Source: Octopus sinensis (taxonomy: Eukaryota). From it: DNA of 64,000 nucleotides. The stretch lies in assembly GCF_006345805.1 (NCBI RefSeq), contig NC_043019.1, positions 25,047,360 through 25,111,359 of the forward strand, read 5' to 3'. Position numbers and translations under genes: made by a program. Position 1 is the first letter of the stretch; every line of letters begins with the position of its first letter. The notes below the pieces were generated by a model that did not search any database, was not told the origin of the DNA, and saw nothing but the letters and a program-made list of their open reading frames with translations. Positions 1-13,700 of this stretch are shown in pieces.

Positions 1-431
1 TAAACCCTTCGTTGTCAACACTTTTCTATAAAGTTTACTAAAAATTTTGGTTTCACTTTAATTTGTAACAAAAGCAAATAAGATTTCCCCCATATCAGAG
101 TCGCCACCCATCCATTATTATTTTTCAACGGTCGTCGAATAACCACCTCCACGGAAACCAAACTGGCAGAAAGAACAGCCCTTACTCATCACTTAATAAC
201 AATCAACCTTATATAGAAACATGTGTATGTATATATATATATATATATAATATATATATTGATTTTTTGATTTTTTGATTTTTTATTAAATTTTATGTAT
301 TGATTAAGTCTTTCCTTGTTTGTTTTGCAAAATAGTGGTTTTGTCTCTAATTAATATTATATAATATTTTACTATAAAATTGGATTTAATCCTAAATCTG
401 ATTTTTTTCCCTGTAAATTTGGATTTATTCC

Positions 432-589
432 CTAATATTTATTATTATTATATATATATATTATATATATATATATATATAACATATATATATACATATA
501 TACATATATATATATACATATATATATATACATATATATATACATATATATATATACATATAAATATACAGTTACGTCTGTGCACATAT

Positions 590-682
<93 letters not shown>

Positions 683-700
683 AAGAAAGATAGAAAGAAA
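432..700. repeat. (TA)n/(TACA) followed by (GATA)n microsatellites
   Basis: Direct inspection. Confidence 0.95.
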
Positions 701-1141
701 GCATACAGAAGAGAATGATAAAGAAAAAAATTGTTGCTTAGAAAATTTTAGCAAATTATTTTTTTTTAAGTTTGATTATGTGTGTTGTATATTTTTCTGT
801 ATACGTAAAGTTTGTTGAAAAGGTTTTCATTGGTGTACAGAAGCGATAAGCTACCAGTTCGCACTCAAATATGGCTCGTTGCCTTTCTGCGCCTCATAAC
901 ACCCATAGTAAACTGGCTGTGTTGACCGCTACTGGACGGTAGTTATAAATCAATACTGATTAGAGAATTTATGTTAAGGGGGCGGTTCTATGAGAATTAA
1001 TCCAACACCACCCAAATATTACATGAAAAATAGGATAAATGTGATTGTTTATTAAATAAGAGATAAGAAAAATTAAAAGTACAAAACCTATTAATAATAA
1101 TACTAATCTTAATACTAACAACAACGATAATAATGATAACT

Positions 1142-1187
<46 letters not shown>

Positions 1188-1189
1188 TA

Positions 1190-1562
1190 ATATTCTGCTC
1201 AATACCACAGATTTGCTTGTCAGTTGTTTGACCTTAACCAGTTGAGCATGTCCCTTAGTGGCTGGCGATATGTGCGTCTCTGATCACGAGTAGAAGTAGT
1301 GGGGAGCATCATAGCCGTGTGTTGATAGGGATTCTTTGGGGTTTGAATAATTCACCTCTGGAAATATGGGTGTTTCATTCAACATCCTTAAATAACCCTT
1401 ATTCAGGGACCTTTTATCTTATGAGATCACCATGTCGCGCACATATGGTTGTGATGCATGTGCCTGGTGTACCCTTATCAGACGGGTAGTCATGATGGGT
1501 ATATTGGGCTTCGTATATTTTACCCCAGTGTCACTTTGATGGCATGCGCTGCTCTCTCACTC
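1190..1562 (+). mobile_element. Non-coding (AAT)n-flanked repeat, internally deleted copy
   Basis: Highly similar to 11240-11680; bounded by (AAT)n on both sides. Confidence 0.8.
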
Positions 1563-1594
<32 letters not shown>

Positions 1595-1599
1595 TGATG

Positions 1600-1805
1600 A
1601 TAATAGATCTGGCTATTAAATTACAGAGACTATGGAAAGAGCGGGCAAAATGTATCCCAGTAGTAATAGGTGCATTGGGAACTATCCCTAAAGAGTTGGA
1701 CAGATGGTTAGAGGGAAAAGGGCATAAAACTCAGTTTAGTACAACTCCAGAAAACAGTGTTTTGGGGGACAGCTAGGATACTTAGGACGGTTCTTGGCAT
1801 CTAAG
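1600..1805 (+). mobile_element. R4-like RLE C-terminal fragment
   Basis: DLAIKLQRLWK..CIPVVIGALGTIPK...GTARILRTVLGI*; begins in an (AAT)n tract. Confidence 0.75.
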
Positions 1806-1934
1806 GTTACTTGCTGTAATCCAATTGGAGGGTTCTTGGCATCTAAGACTACTTTTTGTAGCCCGATGTTAGGATTCTTTTCTTTTCCAACAGTCTAATC
1901 TGTTGTTTGTATATGAAAATACTAATAATAATTA

Positions 1935-3660
1935 CTAGCAATGGTTAAACAGTTCAGTGATGACATCAGGATGGAATTTGGCCTCGGTAAATGTGCAAAA
2001 GCTACCTTTTTCAGAGGAAAAATGATAGATCCAACGTTAATCTTGACCAACAGAATGTCATAAAGGAATTAGAACCAGTGGAGAGTTACAAATACCTAGG
2101 GGTATTTGAAGGTGATGGAATCAAACATTTAATGATGAGGGAAAAGGTCAGAAAAGAATGTTATCGCAGAGTAAGAGCAATACTCAAAACAGAGCTGAAT
2201 GCATGAAACAGGATCGAAGCGATCAATACTTTAGCCATACCGGTCGTGACTTACAGTTTCAATATCATTAACTAGTAAATTACTGAAATATGAAATCTTG
2301 ACAGAAAAATACGAAAATTGTTGACAATGCATAGAATGCACCACCCTAAGGCAGATATAGAACGACTTCACATGCCAAGAAAAGAGGGAGGCTGTGGACT
2401 TTTACAACTGGCATCAACAATGAAGATTGCCACACTCGGCCTAAACACCTAACTGAAAACCTCTGATGACTGGATGTTAAAACTTGTCTTAATGCACGAG
2501 GACATGAAAACATCATACTCAGTAACAAAACAGGCAAAGGAATATCTAAGTGAATTCCAAATACAACAAATTCCAGAAGTAGGCGTACTGGAAACAAGCA
2601 CACGAAAAGCTAAGCGTACGAAAACCCGCGATAAAACTGTTACTTTAGATATTCTTACTGATAAATGGCAAGAAAAACCTCACTATGGCAAATACCTAAA
2701 GAGAGTTAATAGTTCCGATGTTGATAAAGCTCATCAATGGCTAGTGTCTTCTGGCTTAAAATCAGAGATAGAGATGTTTATCATAGCAGCCCAAAATCAA
2801 ATCCTACCTGCAAAGAGCTACCAGGCCAACATATTAAAGAACGGCAGTAGCCCAACATGTCGTGTATGTAAACAAAATGAAACCATTGATCATGTTGTCT
2901 CTATGTACAGTCTTCTTGCGCCTACAGAGTATCTCAACAGGCATGGTAGAGTAGCACAGTATATTCACTGAGTAATTTGCAAAGACTTGGACATACCCCA
3001 TGATAAAAATTGATGAGAATACAAACCACCTCTAGTGCTTGAAAAAGACCACATCTCACTCATCTGGAATTTTACCATTTAAACTGACAGAAACATAGAT
3101 GCGAATTGGTCAGACAATATATTGAAGGTCTTCAGACAAAAATCATGCCTCCTCATCGATATGACTGTCCCAATCGATATAAACGTATCTGTCAAGACCT
3201 ACCAAAAACAGCATGTATAAAGATCTTGAAATAGAAATTGGCAAAATGTGGAACCTCAAGACTAAAGCAATACCTATTTCTTTATTACCCACAAGGGGCT
3301 AAACATAGAAGGGACAAAAAAGCACATACATAGGTATTAAGTCGATTACATCGACCCCAGTGCGTAACTGGTACTTAATTTATCGACCCCGAAAGGATGA
3401 AAGGTAAAGTCGACCTCGGCGGAATTTGAACTCACAACGTAACGGCAGATGAAATACCGCTAAGCATTTCGCCCGACGTGCTAACGTTTCTACCAGCTCT
3501 CCGCCTGTTGTCATAGGTATTCTAGGAATGATAGGAAAAGGGGCTGATTGCTACCTGGCTCAGATACCAGGAAACCCCGAAAGGATAGAAATTTAAAAAA
3601 TAGTGCTCATGGAAACTACCTATATCCTACGTGAAATACTGTCTATGGAATCTCAAATTT
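1935..3660 (+). mobile_element. R4/Dong-like RLE non-LTR retrotransposon 3' half (RT C-terminus, CCHC finger, RLE endonuclease), decayed
   Basis: GMEFGLGKCAK, YKYLGV, CRVCKQ-ETIDH, IDMTVP, KDLEIEIGKMWNLKTKAIPVVIG motifs with stops; SINE inserted at 3276-3506. Confidence 0.88.
3276..3506 (-). mobile_element. tRNA-derived SINE, family A (GGTATT-site subfamily)
   Basis: Head ggcggagagctggtag...gttcaaattccgcc (A/B boxes); interrupts an R4 ORF between Pro and Val codons. Confidence 0.9.
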
Positions 3661-3809
3661 TAAAACAGATTTATAATTTTCTTGTTTTCTCAGACACTGC
3701 CTAGAACAATACTTTGTGTAAAACCAAATATATGGCACCCTAGGCATAACTGGAACTTCTCACTTGTTGTCTCTTGAGACTTGGAGCCAACTTGTACAAA
3801 TACAAATCA

Positions 3810-4095
3810 ATGATCAATGGAACAGCCTGATCGTAAAATTAACATACAAATGGTCGAGCACTTCACGGACACGTGTGCCCTTAACGTAGTTCTCGGGAAG
3901 ATTCAGCATGACACAGAATGTGACAAGGCTGGCCCCTTTGAATTTCAAGAATTCCTCTCATTTTTTCCAGTTGAGTGGGCTGGAGCGGCGAGAAATAAAG
4001 AGTCCTGCTCAAGGACACAGCGCGCTGCCGGGAATCGAACTCACGGCCTTACGATCGTAAGCTGAATACTTCTAACGACTAAGCCACGCACCTTC
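3810..4095 (-). mobile_element. tRNA-derived SINE of a third family; sense relative at about 4995-5280
   Basis: tRNA-like head plus conserved central domain (tgtcacattctgtgtcatgctgaatc...ctacgttaagggcacacgtgt). Confidence 0.8.
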
Positions 4096-5351
4096 TCTAC
4101 TTCTCCCAGTATCGTACGATTTGCCTGTCATTTGAACTTCGTTAACCCAAATATTCTACGACCATCTCATTCTTCTAGTTTTGCGCGAATCTTCGAGATT
4201 TGAGACGTTAACGCCATGAGGAAAACATTCTTTACCTAAAAGGACACCAACCTTTCTGACTTTCACTTACACTGGAAAACACTTCGCGACTTCAACTTTC
4301 TCCCTGTGAAGGCCAAAGAGCCAAGACTTTCAGAGGATATCTAGTAGACTTTTTTCATAGACTGGTGTGATGCTAAAAGATTTCTACCACTGTTTAATGA
4401 AGACATGTAGTTTCTCGAGACAGGCCCAAACAAAACAAGCTACACTAAAAAAAAAAAAAAAACAGTGGTAATAATCATGGTGATGGGGGTGGGGCTGGTG
4501 AAGGCATTAAAAACGCTTTACAGGACTAAAATGTTATTAAAGACGAATTAACTACTAATCCGTTTTTAAAAAATATTTTTGTTTACTTTCCTCATAAATC
4601 TGGATCATTGTATCAAAGAATTGTTTACTGTGGATTGTCATTGATGGCGGCAGCGGCGGCGGCGGTGCTGGATGTGGTGAAGGAGGTGATGGTGATGGTG
4701 GTGATGTTGTTCGTGTAGTTACTATGGAGACCGACATCAGTTTGTCAACCATAAAAATCTCTACTGCTCCAAATAAACCCTTCGCACTTAACTAACCACC
4801 ATATTGCACACCGTGACGACTTGTCTTGTACGCACTGCTACAGCTTGGCCTTATACTTTCTTCAATGTCCTCTCTAGTTCCGCGCCCCTATATAAAGAAT
4901 AGTGACCACAATGAAAGTGTGGAAGGTAGCCACAGTCAGAGAGCGACCCTGGCTTTTCCTCTCACCTTACATCGTTGGTGGTCTACCTTCCAACGGGAAG
5001 GCGCATGGCTTAGTGGTCAGAGCATTCAGATCACGACTATAAGGTCGTGAATTCGATTCCAGCGGTACCCCGTATCCTCGAACAAGATACTTTATTTTAC
5101 GTTGCTCCAGCCTTGCCACACACTGTGTCATGCTGAATCTCATTCAGAACTACATTAATCTCCTTGAGAACAACGTGTTCGTGGAGTACTGGGCCACTTG
5201 TACATTAACATTACAAGCCAGCTGTTCTGTTGATCGGATCACCTGGAACACTTGTCGTCGTAACCGACGAAATGCCTACCTTCCAACATGGTGTTTGGCG
5301 TTAATAATATTATTGATGATGTAACAGTTCTGTGTTCGCCCGGTATTTTAA

Positions 5352-5745
5352 ATATTCTTTTCTACTCTAGGCCCAAAATTTTGGGAGACGGGGCCAGTCG
5401 ATTAGATCGACCCCAGCACGCAACTGGTACTTAATTTATCGACCCGAAACGTTGAAAGGCAAAGTCGACCTCGGTGGCATTTGAACTCAGAACGTAAAGA
5501 CAGGCGAAATACCTATTTCTTTACTACCCTCAAGGAGCTAAACACAGAGAGGACAAACAAGGACAGACAAACGGATTAAATTGATTATATCGACCCCAGT
5601 GCGTAACTGGTACTCATTTAATCGACCCCGAAAGAATGAAAGGCAAAGTCGACCTCGGCGGAATTTGAACTCAGAAGGTAGCGGCAGACGAAATACCGCA
5701 AAGCATTTCGCCCGGCGTGCTAACGTTTCTGTCATCTCGCCGGCT
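5352..5745 (-). mobile_element. Family A SINE nested in another family A SINE
   Basis: Inner copy about 5515-5700 ends at a GGTATT site of the outer copy. Confidence 0.85.
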
Positions 5746-6219
5746 TCCGGTATTTGAACAGGAGTGGCTGTATGGTAAGTAGCCTGATTACCAACCACAT
5801 GGTTCCGGGTTCAGTCCTACTGCGTGGCACCTAGGGCAAGTGTCTTCTATTGCCTCGGGCCGACCATGCTGTAGCCTCGTGGACATATTCTCGTCCTAGG
5901 CTTCTCTGCTGATGAGACACGCCAGTTGTAAGCAAATTTAATTTAATTTAATTAATTTGTTTAGAAAGTTCGTCGAAACTATGCATAGTCCAGAGATGAA
6001 AAGGGTAAATGTTTTTATTTCTCTTCCAATTTCAGAATTACAACTATTTAGCGGTTTGAGTTTCGTTGCTCTTTCTAGTGAGTCGAATGGCCTATCAGGG
6101 CCATTCCTTATATTGTTGAATGTATATTATATAGTCTTTGACTATTTTTTCTTTCTCACTAGACCGCTGGTAGCGGAGAATTTTTTCTAGAATTTTTTTT
6201 GCTACCCTTATATTTATTA

Positions 6220-6445
<226 letters not shown>

Positions 6446-7144
6446 TTTGTGTGCCTGTATTTGTCACCCCACCATCGCTTGACAACTGACGCTGGTGTAT
6501 TTACGTCCCCGTGACATAGTGGTTCGCCAAAAGAGACCGATAGAATAAGTATTAGGCTTACAAAGTATAAGTCCCAGAGTCGATTTGCTCGACTAAAGGT
6601 GGTGCTCCAGCATGGCCGCAGTCAAATGACTGAAACAAGTAAAAGAATAAAAGAATTAAAGAAAACAAGACGTTACGATTGTGCGTCAAACGGTGAGAGG
6701 ATGTTTGTGTTATCAACTCCATTAGTCTAGGACTAACGCGATTAAAATCTTAACCATTATGTCCCAGATATTATCACCGAATAATTCAAGGTATGCAAAT
6801 GTTATTGCGAAGACCTATGAATTTGCTGACACCAGGACGGAGTTATGAGATCGCATGATATTGTGAGCTTATACCTGTCCGGATCACACAGTTCCTCTTG
6901 ATCTGGTTGGACATGGACCGGTCTCTCTTCATTCAAGTACGACTAGCACCTGATAAACACCACATATCCCACACTAAACTCTGCCATCTTGAACAATAGC
7001 CTGCGTTAACCTACCGGGATTGTCGTCGTTCGTGACACCCTAGGCCTTCTGGATGGACTCAGGCTGTCCTGACAACATCTGGCCGCTGACAATCTTCCTG
7101 TCTTTTAGCCACGAATGAAACATCTCTGCCAGAATCCTTTAACT

Positions 7145-7403
7145 CAGGGCTTCGAAACAGCCGTTCATCTGACCCTTGCGGGGTCCGCACAAAATTTTGC
7201 TCTTGAAATTTATGCGCAAAAACCTGGTTATATTTCTACAATACACACAGTATTTCAGCACATTTTTTAAAATACAATTTCTAATAATATTCAGATATAG
7301 AAATATAATTGGATTTCTTAAACATCGAATGACTCTGAGGGTTCACCCAAGTAAAATAGAAGCCAAAAGGATCCCTAGGTAAAAAAAATTATTGAGAACC
7401 ACT
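7145..7403. mobile_element. Possible hAT/Charlie-type MITE
   Basis: CAGGGCTTCGAAAC and gagaaccacta ends, ggggtccgc motif; TSD degenerate. Confidence 0.35.
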
Positions 7404-7973
7404 AGTTTAGTTCATCCCTAACCCTGAACACAAAGGATTCAGCCACATCAAAGCAACTGGCTGTTTCTGAGTGACTCCTAATCAGAACCAAGAGTAGAGT
7501 ATATGATTTAGTTTCTTGTAAACGACGGGAATCTGCCATGCTGACGATGTCGATTAGTCTGAAGAGAAATGAGAATCTTAAAGCATGGAACATGCCGCGT
7601 CCCATTACGTGAGATCATCTTCCATTTGTGGCCTGCTAAAGCTGTGTTTATCTTGTGCACCCTGTAAATCGTTGCCAATCTGTCAGACGGTCTTCATTTA
7701 AGCATTAGTGTGTGCGTGTCATACTAATAATACTGGGATAGTGATATTGCAGAAGTTTTGTTGACTTTCACAAAATGGTTGTTTAATATGATATAAATAA
7801 ATACTTTTATTTTATATAAACCAATATAAAAGAATATGAAATAATCCGTTGCTCTTTCTTCCTAGGATTTACAGGCTTTTCTACTTTACTTCTTGTTTGG
7901 ACTTGATCTTGTTTAATTCATTACTAAAGGCAGCAGAGTTGTGATATTCCTGTTCGTCTAGTTAACTCCACAT

Positions 7974-8377
7974 AGGCGCAGGAGTGGCTGTGTGGTAAGT
8001 AGCTTGTTTACCGACCACATGGTTCCGGGTTCAGTCCCACTGCGTGGCACCTTGGACAAGTGTCTTCTACTATAGCCTCGCGCCGACCAAAGCCTTGTTA
8101 GTGGATTTGGTAGACGGAAACTGAAAGAAGCCCGTCATATATATGTATATATATGTATGCGTGTGTGTGTGTGTGTTTGTCCCCCTAGCATTGCTTGACA
8201 ACCGATGCTGGTGTGTTTATGTCCCCGTTACTTAGCGGTTCGGCAAAAGTGACCGATAGAATAAGTACTGGGCTTACAAAATAATAAGTCCCGGGGTCGA
8301 GTTGCTCGATTAAAGGTGGTGCTCCAGCATGGCCGCAGTCAAATGACAAACAAGTAAAAGAGTAAAGAGTAAAAGAG
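7974..8377 (+). mobile_element. tRNA-derived SINE, family B, full length
   Basis: Head aggcgcaggagtggctgtgtggtaag...ggttcagtcccactgcg, internal TA/TG tract, (GTAAAAGA)n tail. Confidence 0.92.
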
Positions 8378-8569
8378 TATATACATGGCCGTACAGTCAC
8401 TAATACAACTGGGGTTATTCTGAGCGGTTGATATTTTGGTGACCGAAATCCAGAAAGAACTACCTTAATTCGATCCCTGCGACAACAGTGCTAACAGTCA
8501 AAACACCGATCACGACTGTAAGCAGCAGGAGCATCATCTAATGACGAGTGTTTCTTTAGCTTACACTTA

Positions 8570-9110
8570 TATAATAATGAAATTATTGTATACAGTGCTC
8601 AGGTGCACCACAACTTGTCAGAAAGTGCATACAAAGCACATGCAGCAATGCAGAAATGTCTGGAAAGCGAACAATGTATGAGTCAGATACATGCTCGCGT
8701 GTGTATGGAGGGGAGAAAATCAAGTGCAGTGTTGGCGAATCTCAGAAAGCATGGAAGTTTTGAAGGATGCAGTGCCCCGACAACTAACAACCGATGCCGG
8801 CAGTTTGTTCCACGCTTCAGCAACTCTCAGCGTGAAGAAATGTTTCCTGAAGTCATGGGAGCTGTGCTGTTTTCTTACTTTGTAAATATGTCCACGGGTG
8901 TTAAATGGGTGGAGTTTGAAAAGGTGCTCAGAGTTATTGTTTGTACGATGGTTGATAATTTTATGGGTGTCTGCCAAGTCAGCTGCCAGACGTCGGAGTT
9001 TCATGTATTCTTAGCCCTCATCACAACACCCAAATATCGATTCTTCGACTCGTTTGTGCCACAATCTTGGCAGAAATGTTCGTCAAATACCCCTCGTAAG
9101 TTCTTTTAAG
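8570..9110 (-). mobile_element. CR1-clade LINE 3' end
   Basis: LRRL..DL..HKII...TRGH.YK...RKHFFTLRVAEAWNKLPASVV...FK motif; short 3'UTR with (ATT)-like tail. Confidence 0.88.
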
Positions 9111-10189
9111 TGCAATTAAACCTCGTAGTTCATGGGCCATTTGGGATGTTTCTCTTTTTTAAAATATAATTGAATCGCTACAAGTGAGATGTGTAAATCG
9201 TGATACGCTGTTGTATCAACTATTCTTTAACTATTCACTGTGGTCCCCAACGAATCAACAAAGCCTTATTTCAATAACGGCCAAGATCTCCCGTCACTCC
9301 GACCAAATTTGACATTAAATTCGGACTTGTTTCTGATTCAGAAACACGTAAAGACCAGTACGTACACACACACACACACACACACCACACACACACCACA
9401 CACACACACACACATAGAGGTATTAACTACTAGGTAGCTAGTTATCTTAATTTCTCGATATCCTGGCAAAAGTGCTACGACCCACGATGCAATTGAAGCG
9501 TTGACAACGAAGGGAAGTAACTCAGGTAAAATTAAAAACATCGTGAAAACTAATTAATCCCATTCATTAGAATTGGCAAATATTCTCGCAGTCTGTGATT
9601 GCGAGAATTGGATAGAAAGCAAGCACTAACTGAAACGATGTATGGTGATGTGTATCAAGCAGCTTCTCTCAAATTCAATTAAAATAGATGAAACATGAGA
9701 GAGAGAGCGAACTGTCTTTATTATAGATGCAGGGGAAACAACTCGTGTTGTTACATTTGTGTTGAATGATTTGATAGTGATTCGGGTTTTTCAGACGAAA
9801 ACAAAAATTGTAACCATGGAAACACGCGCTATTTGGTATTATTTTTTACTTGTTTCAGTCATTGGACAACGGCCATGCTGGAGCACAATTTTGAAAGATC
9901 TAGTCGAATAAATCGACACCAGTAATTAATTTTTCTGCAGTCCGGTACTCTTTCCATCGATAATTCACGCCGAGCCACTAAGTTTCAGGGATGTTAACAA
10001 ACTAACACAGGTCGTCAAGCAGTGGAAGGAGGACAAACAAGAACAAATCTTCCATCTAAAGGGTTTTTAACCCAATATTTATACGAATTATTTGTAGCTT
10101 TATTTGCTTCATGATTCACCGTTCCTAATAAAGAATTATTACGCCCTTTCGAAGTTTCTAAATTGCTTTGACATCAACGATATATGGGG

Positions 10190-10560
10190 CCGCTCCCTGC
10201 TTGGTTCCTATTCAGTTTTTCTCTTATCTCCGACAAAGGCCTTTTGGTGCGATGTCAATGAGGACTTTGCTTTTGCGAGACCTGAGTTGGAAGAAGAAGG
10301 CAGATGTGAGGTAATAGATTTTCCCCATCTTGAGGAGCTGGTTGTAACGGTGGAGAGCTTCGTGCTTTCTCTCCACCTTAGGGAAAATGGCCTTTGGCGT
10401 GGTTCGAATTCCCACACACAAAACGCCTCCGTTTTTTCACTCCTATATAAAGGGGCATCTGTTCGCATTCTCCTAATCAGAAAAATATCGGGAATGAGAT
10501 TTGTTTCCTCTGAAGGAACTAGTATCTGGAATTCCATATGAATTCCAGTCCTGTTGAGTG
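10190..10560 (-). mobile_element. Possible decayed RLE endonuclease remnant
   Basis: ETNLIPDIFL resembles the ETNLRPDIVL motif of RLE domains; downstream similarity is weak and frameshifted. Confidence 0.3.
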
Positions 10561-11020
10561 GTGGTGGTGGTGGTGGTGGTGTAGTTGCTGCTGCTGCTGC
10601 TGTTGTCATCGTCGTCATTATCGTTACTCCCGGTACTTTTGTACTTGTTACTGTCGTCATAGCAACAAGAGGAAATTATATTTCTCTTTAGCGAGAAATT
10701 TATTTCACCTGCAGCTGCGTTTCTCTTCGGACTTACAACAGAACGCTGCTCTTGGACGATTATTATTATTATTATTATTATTTTCCAAATCCGACATTTT
10801 GTAAAATTGGGAAAAATTAATAGAATCCTATCTTCACAAAAAATGCAAAACAATTGTTGCACCTCCAGAAAGGGGGTGAAATTACGCAAATGTTACCACC
10901 ACAATCCAGACAATCTAAGCAAAATACTTGTTGAATAAAATTTTGAATGAACGGGTGCAACCAGCCGAAATGCTTACAAATTAAGTTAAACAACATCTAT
11001 GACTTCACAGGCTGACGGCC

Positions 11021-11069
<49 letters not shown>

Positions 11070-11130
11070 AGGGCATTTATTATTATTATTCAGTAAAAAT
11101 AAAAATAAAACTACTGAATAATAATAATAA

Positions 11131-11680
11131 ATGCCCTGATGCAGTACAAGGCAGTGGCTCTCATGGCTTCTGATCTTAACTGATTGGAAGTGTTATCATG
11201 TACATTGTTTTGCCTTGGTATAAAAGATGGGCTACAGCAAATATTCTGCTCAATACCACAGATTTGCTTGTCAGTTGTTTGACCTTAACCAGTTGAGCAT
11301 GTCCCTTAGTGGCTGACGATATGTGCATCTCAGATCACGAGCAGAAGTAGTGGGGGAGCATCATAGCCATGTGTTGAGGGGGATTCTTTGGGGTTTGGAT
11401 AATTCACCTCTGGAAACATAGATGTTTTGTTCAACAGCCTTAAACAACCCTTATTCAGGGACCTTTTGAGTGGGATGGGCTACTCAACCTGAAGAAAATT
11501 CAAACTGGGCCCCACCTGCAAGGTCATGCGCTGTTTATCTTGATATGAGATCACCATGTCGCGCACATATGGTTGTGATGCATGTGCCTGGTCTTATCAG
11601 ACGGGTAGTCATGATGGGTATATTGGGCTTCGTATATTTTACCCCAGTGTCACTTTGATGGCATGAACTGCTCTCTCACT
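11131..11680 (+). mobile_element. Non-coding (AAT)n-flanked repeat, longer copy (probable non-autonomous retroelement)
   Basis: Homologous to 1190-1562, ends in a long (AAT)n tail. Confidence 0.8.
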
Positions 11681-11681
11681 C

Positions 11682-11739
<58 letters not shown>

Positions 11740-11764
11740 GTAATAATAGTAATAACAACAACAA

Positions 11765-12015
11765 CGATTCTGACACTAAATGCAAAAAAAAAACTGTGTG
11801 CTGCAAATGATAAGCAGTTGGAAACATTACCGCAGACAGTACGTGGATTTACCAAAGAAATAAACATGAAATTCAGTTTAGAAAAATGTACCCAAGCAAT
11901 CTTGAAAAGAGGAAAACTAGTTAAGAGTAACAACATCACACTAGATAATGCAAATGAAATAAGAGAATTATACCAAAGCCAGACATACAAATATTTAGGT
12001 ATCAGTGAGCTAGAT
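11765..12015 (+). mobile_element. R4-like reverse transcriptase fragment
   Basis: AANDKQLETL...INMKFSLEKC..ILKRGK...TYKYLGI. Confidence 0.8.
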
Positions 12016-12090
12016 ACAAGAGAGAGAATGAAACAACCTTGTGGATTTAATGGTCAAGCATGCCGGCTCTCCTCTCTCTCTCTCTCTCTC

Positions 12091-12145
<55 letters not shown>

Positions 12146-12446
12146 AGTTGTTCCCATAACTTCCAAATCAAATATCAATTACCAGATAATACCCAATCAC
12201 ATACTTTATTAAACCACCACATAAGAAACTTAAGGTCAAACATAATAATATAGAACAAAACAGTGTACATAAAGAAGTGTACATAAAGGAGTAATGTGAT
12301 ACAATAAGTACAATATGTATAAGAGAATATAAATATAAGTAAATATAAATATAAATATAAATATTTATTGGATATATGTTATCCCATGAAGGGTTGCATT
12401 TACAACCCCTATCTCAATTTGTATATATATATATATATATATATAT

Positions 12447-12661
12447 TACTCTCTTTTACTCTTTTACTTGTTTCAGTCATTTGACTGCGGCCATGCTGGA
12501 GCACCGCCTTTAGTCGAGCAAATCGACCCCGGGACTTATTCTTTGTAAGCCCAGTACTTATTCTATCGGTCTCTTTTGCCGAACCGCTAAGTGACGGGGA
12601 CGTAAACACACCAGCATCGGTTGTCAAGCAATGCTAGGGGGACAAACACACAAACACACAA

Positions 12662-12696
<35 letters not shown>

Positions 12697-12822
12697 CATA
12701 TATACGACAGGCTTCTTTCAGTTTCCGTCTACCAAATCCAATCACAAGGCATTGGTCGGCCCGGGGCTATAGCAGAAGACACTTGCCCAAGATGCCACGC
12801 AGTGGGACTGAACCCGGAACCA
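12447..12822 (-). mobile_element. Family B SINE
   Basis: Reverse complement of the 7974 element, 5' end lost in a TA tract. Confidence 0.9.
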
Positions 12823-13309
12823 TATATATATATATATATATAATATATATATATATACACATACATACATACATACATATATGGGTACAGGACGTCACCA
12901 ACTGTAAACAACATGAAATACAAAAACAAGCGAGTTAAATACGCAAAGAGCAAGAGAGAAAAAATTGAAAACAGGACAAGTAACACAAAGAACAACCCTT
13001 CATCAGTTGTCGGCTGTCTACCTACTCCTCATTTCGAGCATTCAATGACAATATGAGTCTTCGAAGACAGTTGCTCCCATAACTTCCAAAACACATTTTG
13101 AATTTTATGGAGGGTCAAAGCTGGGAACAAAAACAGAACAGTTGGGGACATACAAAGAAACCGAATGGAAACAAACATGGAGGGTCGTTGGACCAGAACG
13201 AAGGGAAAGATAATGAATGCTGGAAGAAATATTTTCTTTGAAAAGAGAAAAGATAGGATTCGCCCATTCCTTAGAACATCCGTGCAAGAAAAGAAAGATG
13301 GTTACGTGA

Positions 13310-13700
13310 GGTGTGTTTGTTTCCTCTATGCACGGCCGAACAGCTGACCAATCTGTACTATATTTGACATGAAGGTTTTTCATTACTCGGGGAAGCTTCT
13401 AGGGCGGGGTCAAATTTTGGCCCTTGCCCATATAGGGGGATGTCGTCCTCCCATACTACCCTTCCAATGTCTTTGTGCAGCGGTATAATTGTTTCACTTT
13501 TATCCTTTTACTTTTCATAAGACTATAATATTGTTTCACTTTACTTTCGCTGTTTCACTTTTATTCTTACTCTGTGTGTGTGTGTGTGTTGTGTGTGTGT
13601 GTGTGTGTGTTTCCTCTATGCACGGCCAGACCGCTGGATCAATCTGTATCAAATTTGGCTATCTGGAAATTACGTCAGTTTTGTTTTTCGCTTTAAAGGT
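13310..13700 (+). mobile_element. Two partial Helitron-like 5' fragments
   Basis: tgtttcctctatgcacggcc...aatctgta..attt motif repeated at about 13320 and 13610 after TG runs. Confidence 0.4.

Noticed and set aside
841-938. Possible plus-strand exon (AG...GT)
   Set aside because: Stops in all three frames and no recognisable homology.
4269-4440. Possible minus-strand exon with GTAAGT donor
   Set aside because: Stops in all frames and no partner exons found.
9582-9608. 12-bp hairpin as a Helitron 3' end
   Set aside because: No matching 5' TC end or second copy, and isolated hairpins are expected by chance.
12985-13070. Hammerhead on the minus strand (GAAA...CTGATGA)
   Set aside because: Helices I and III cannot be formed.
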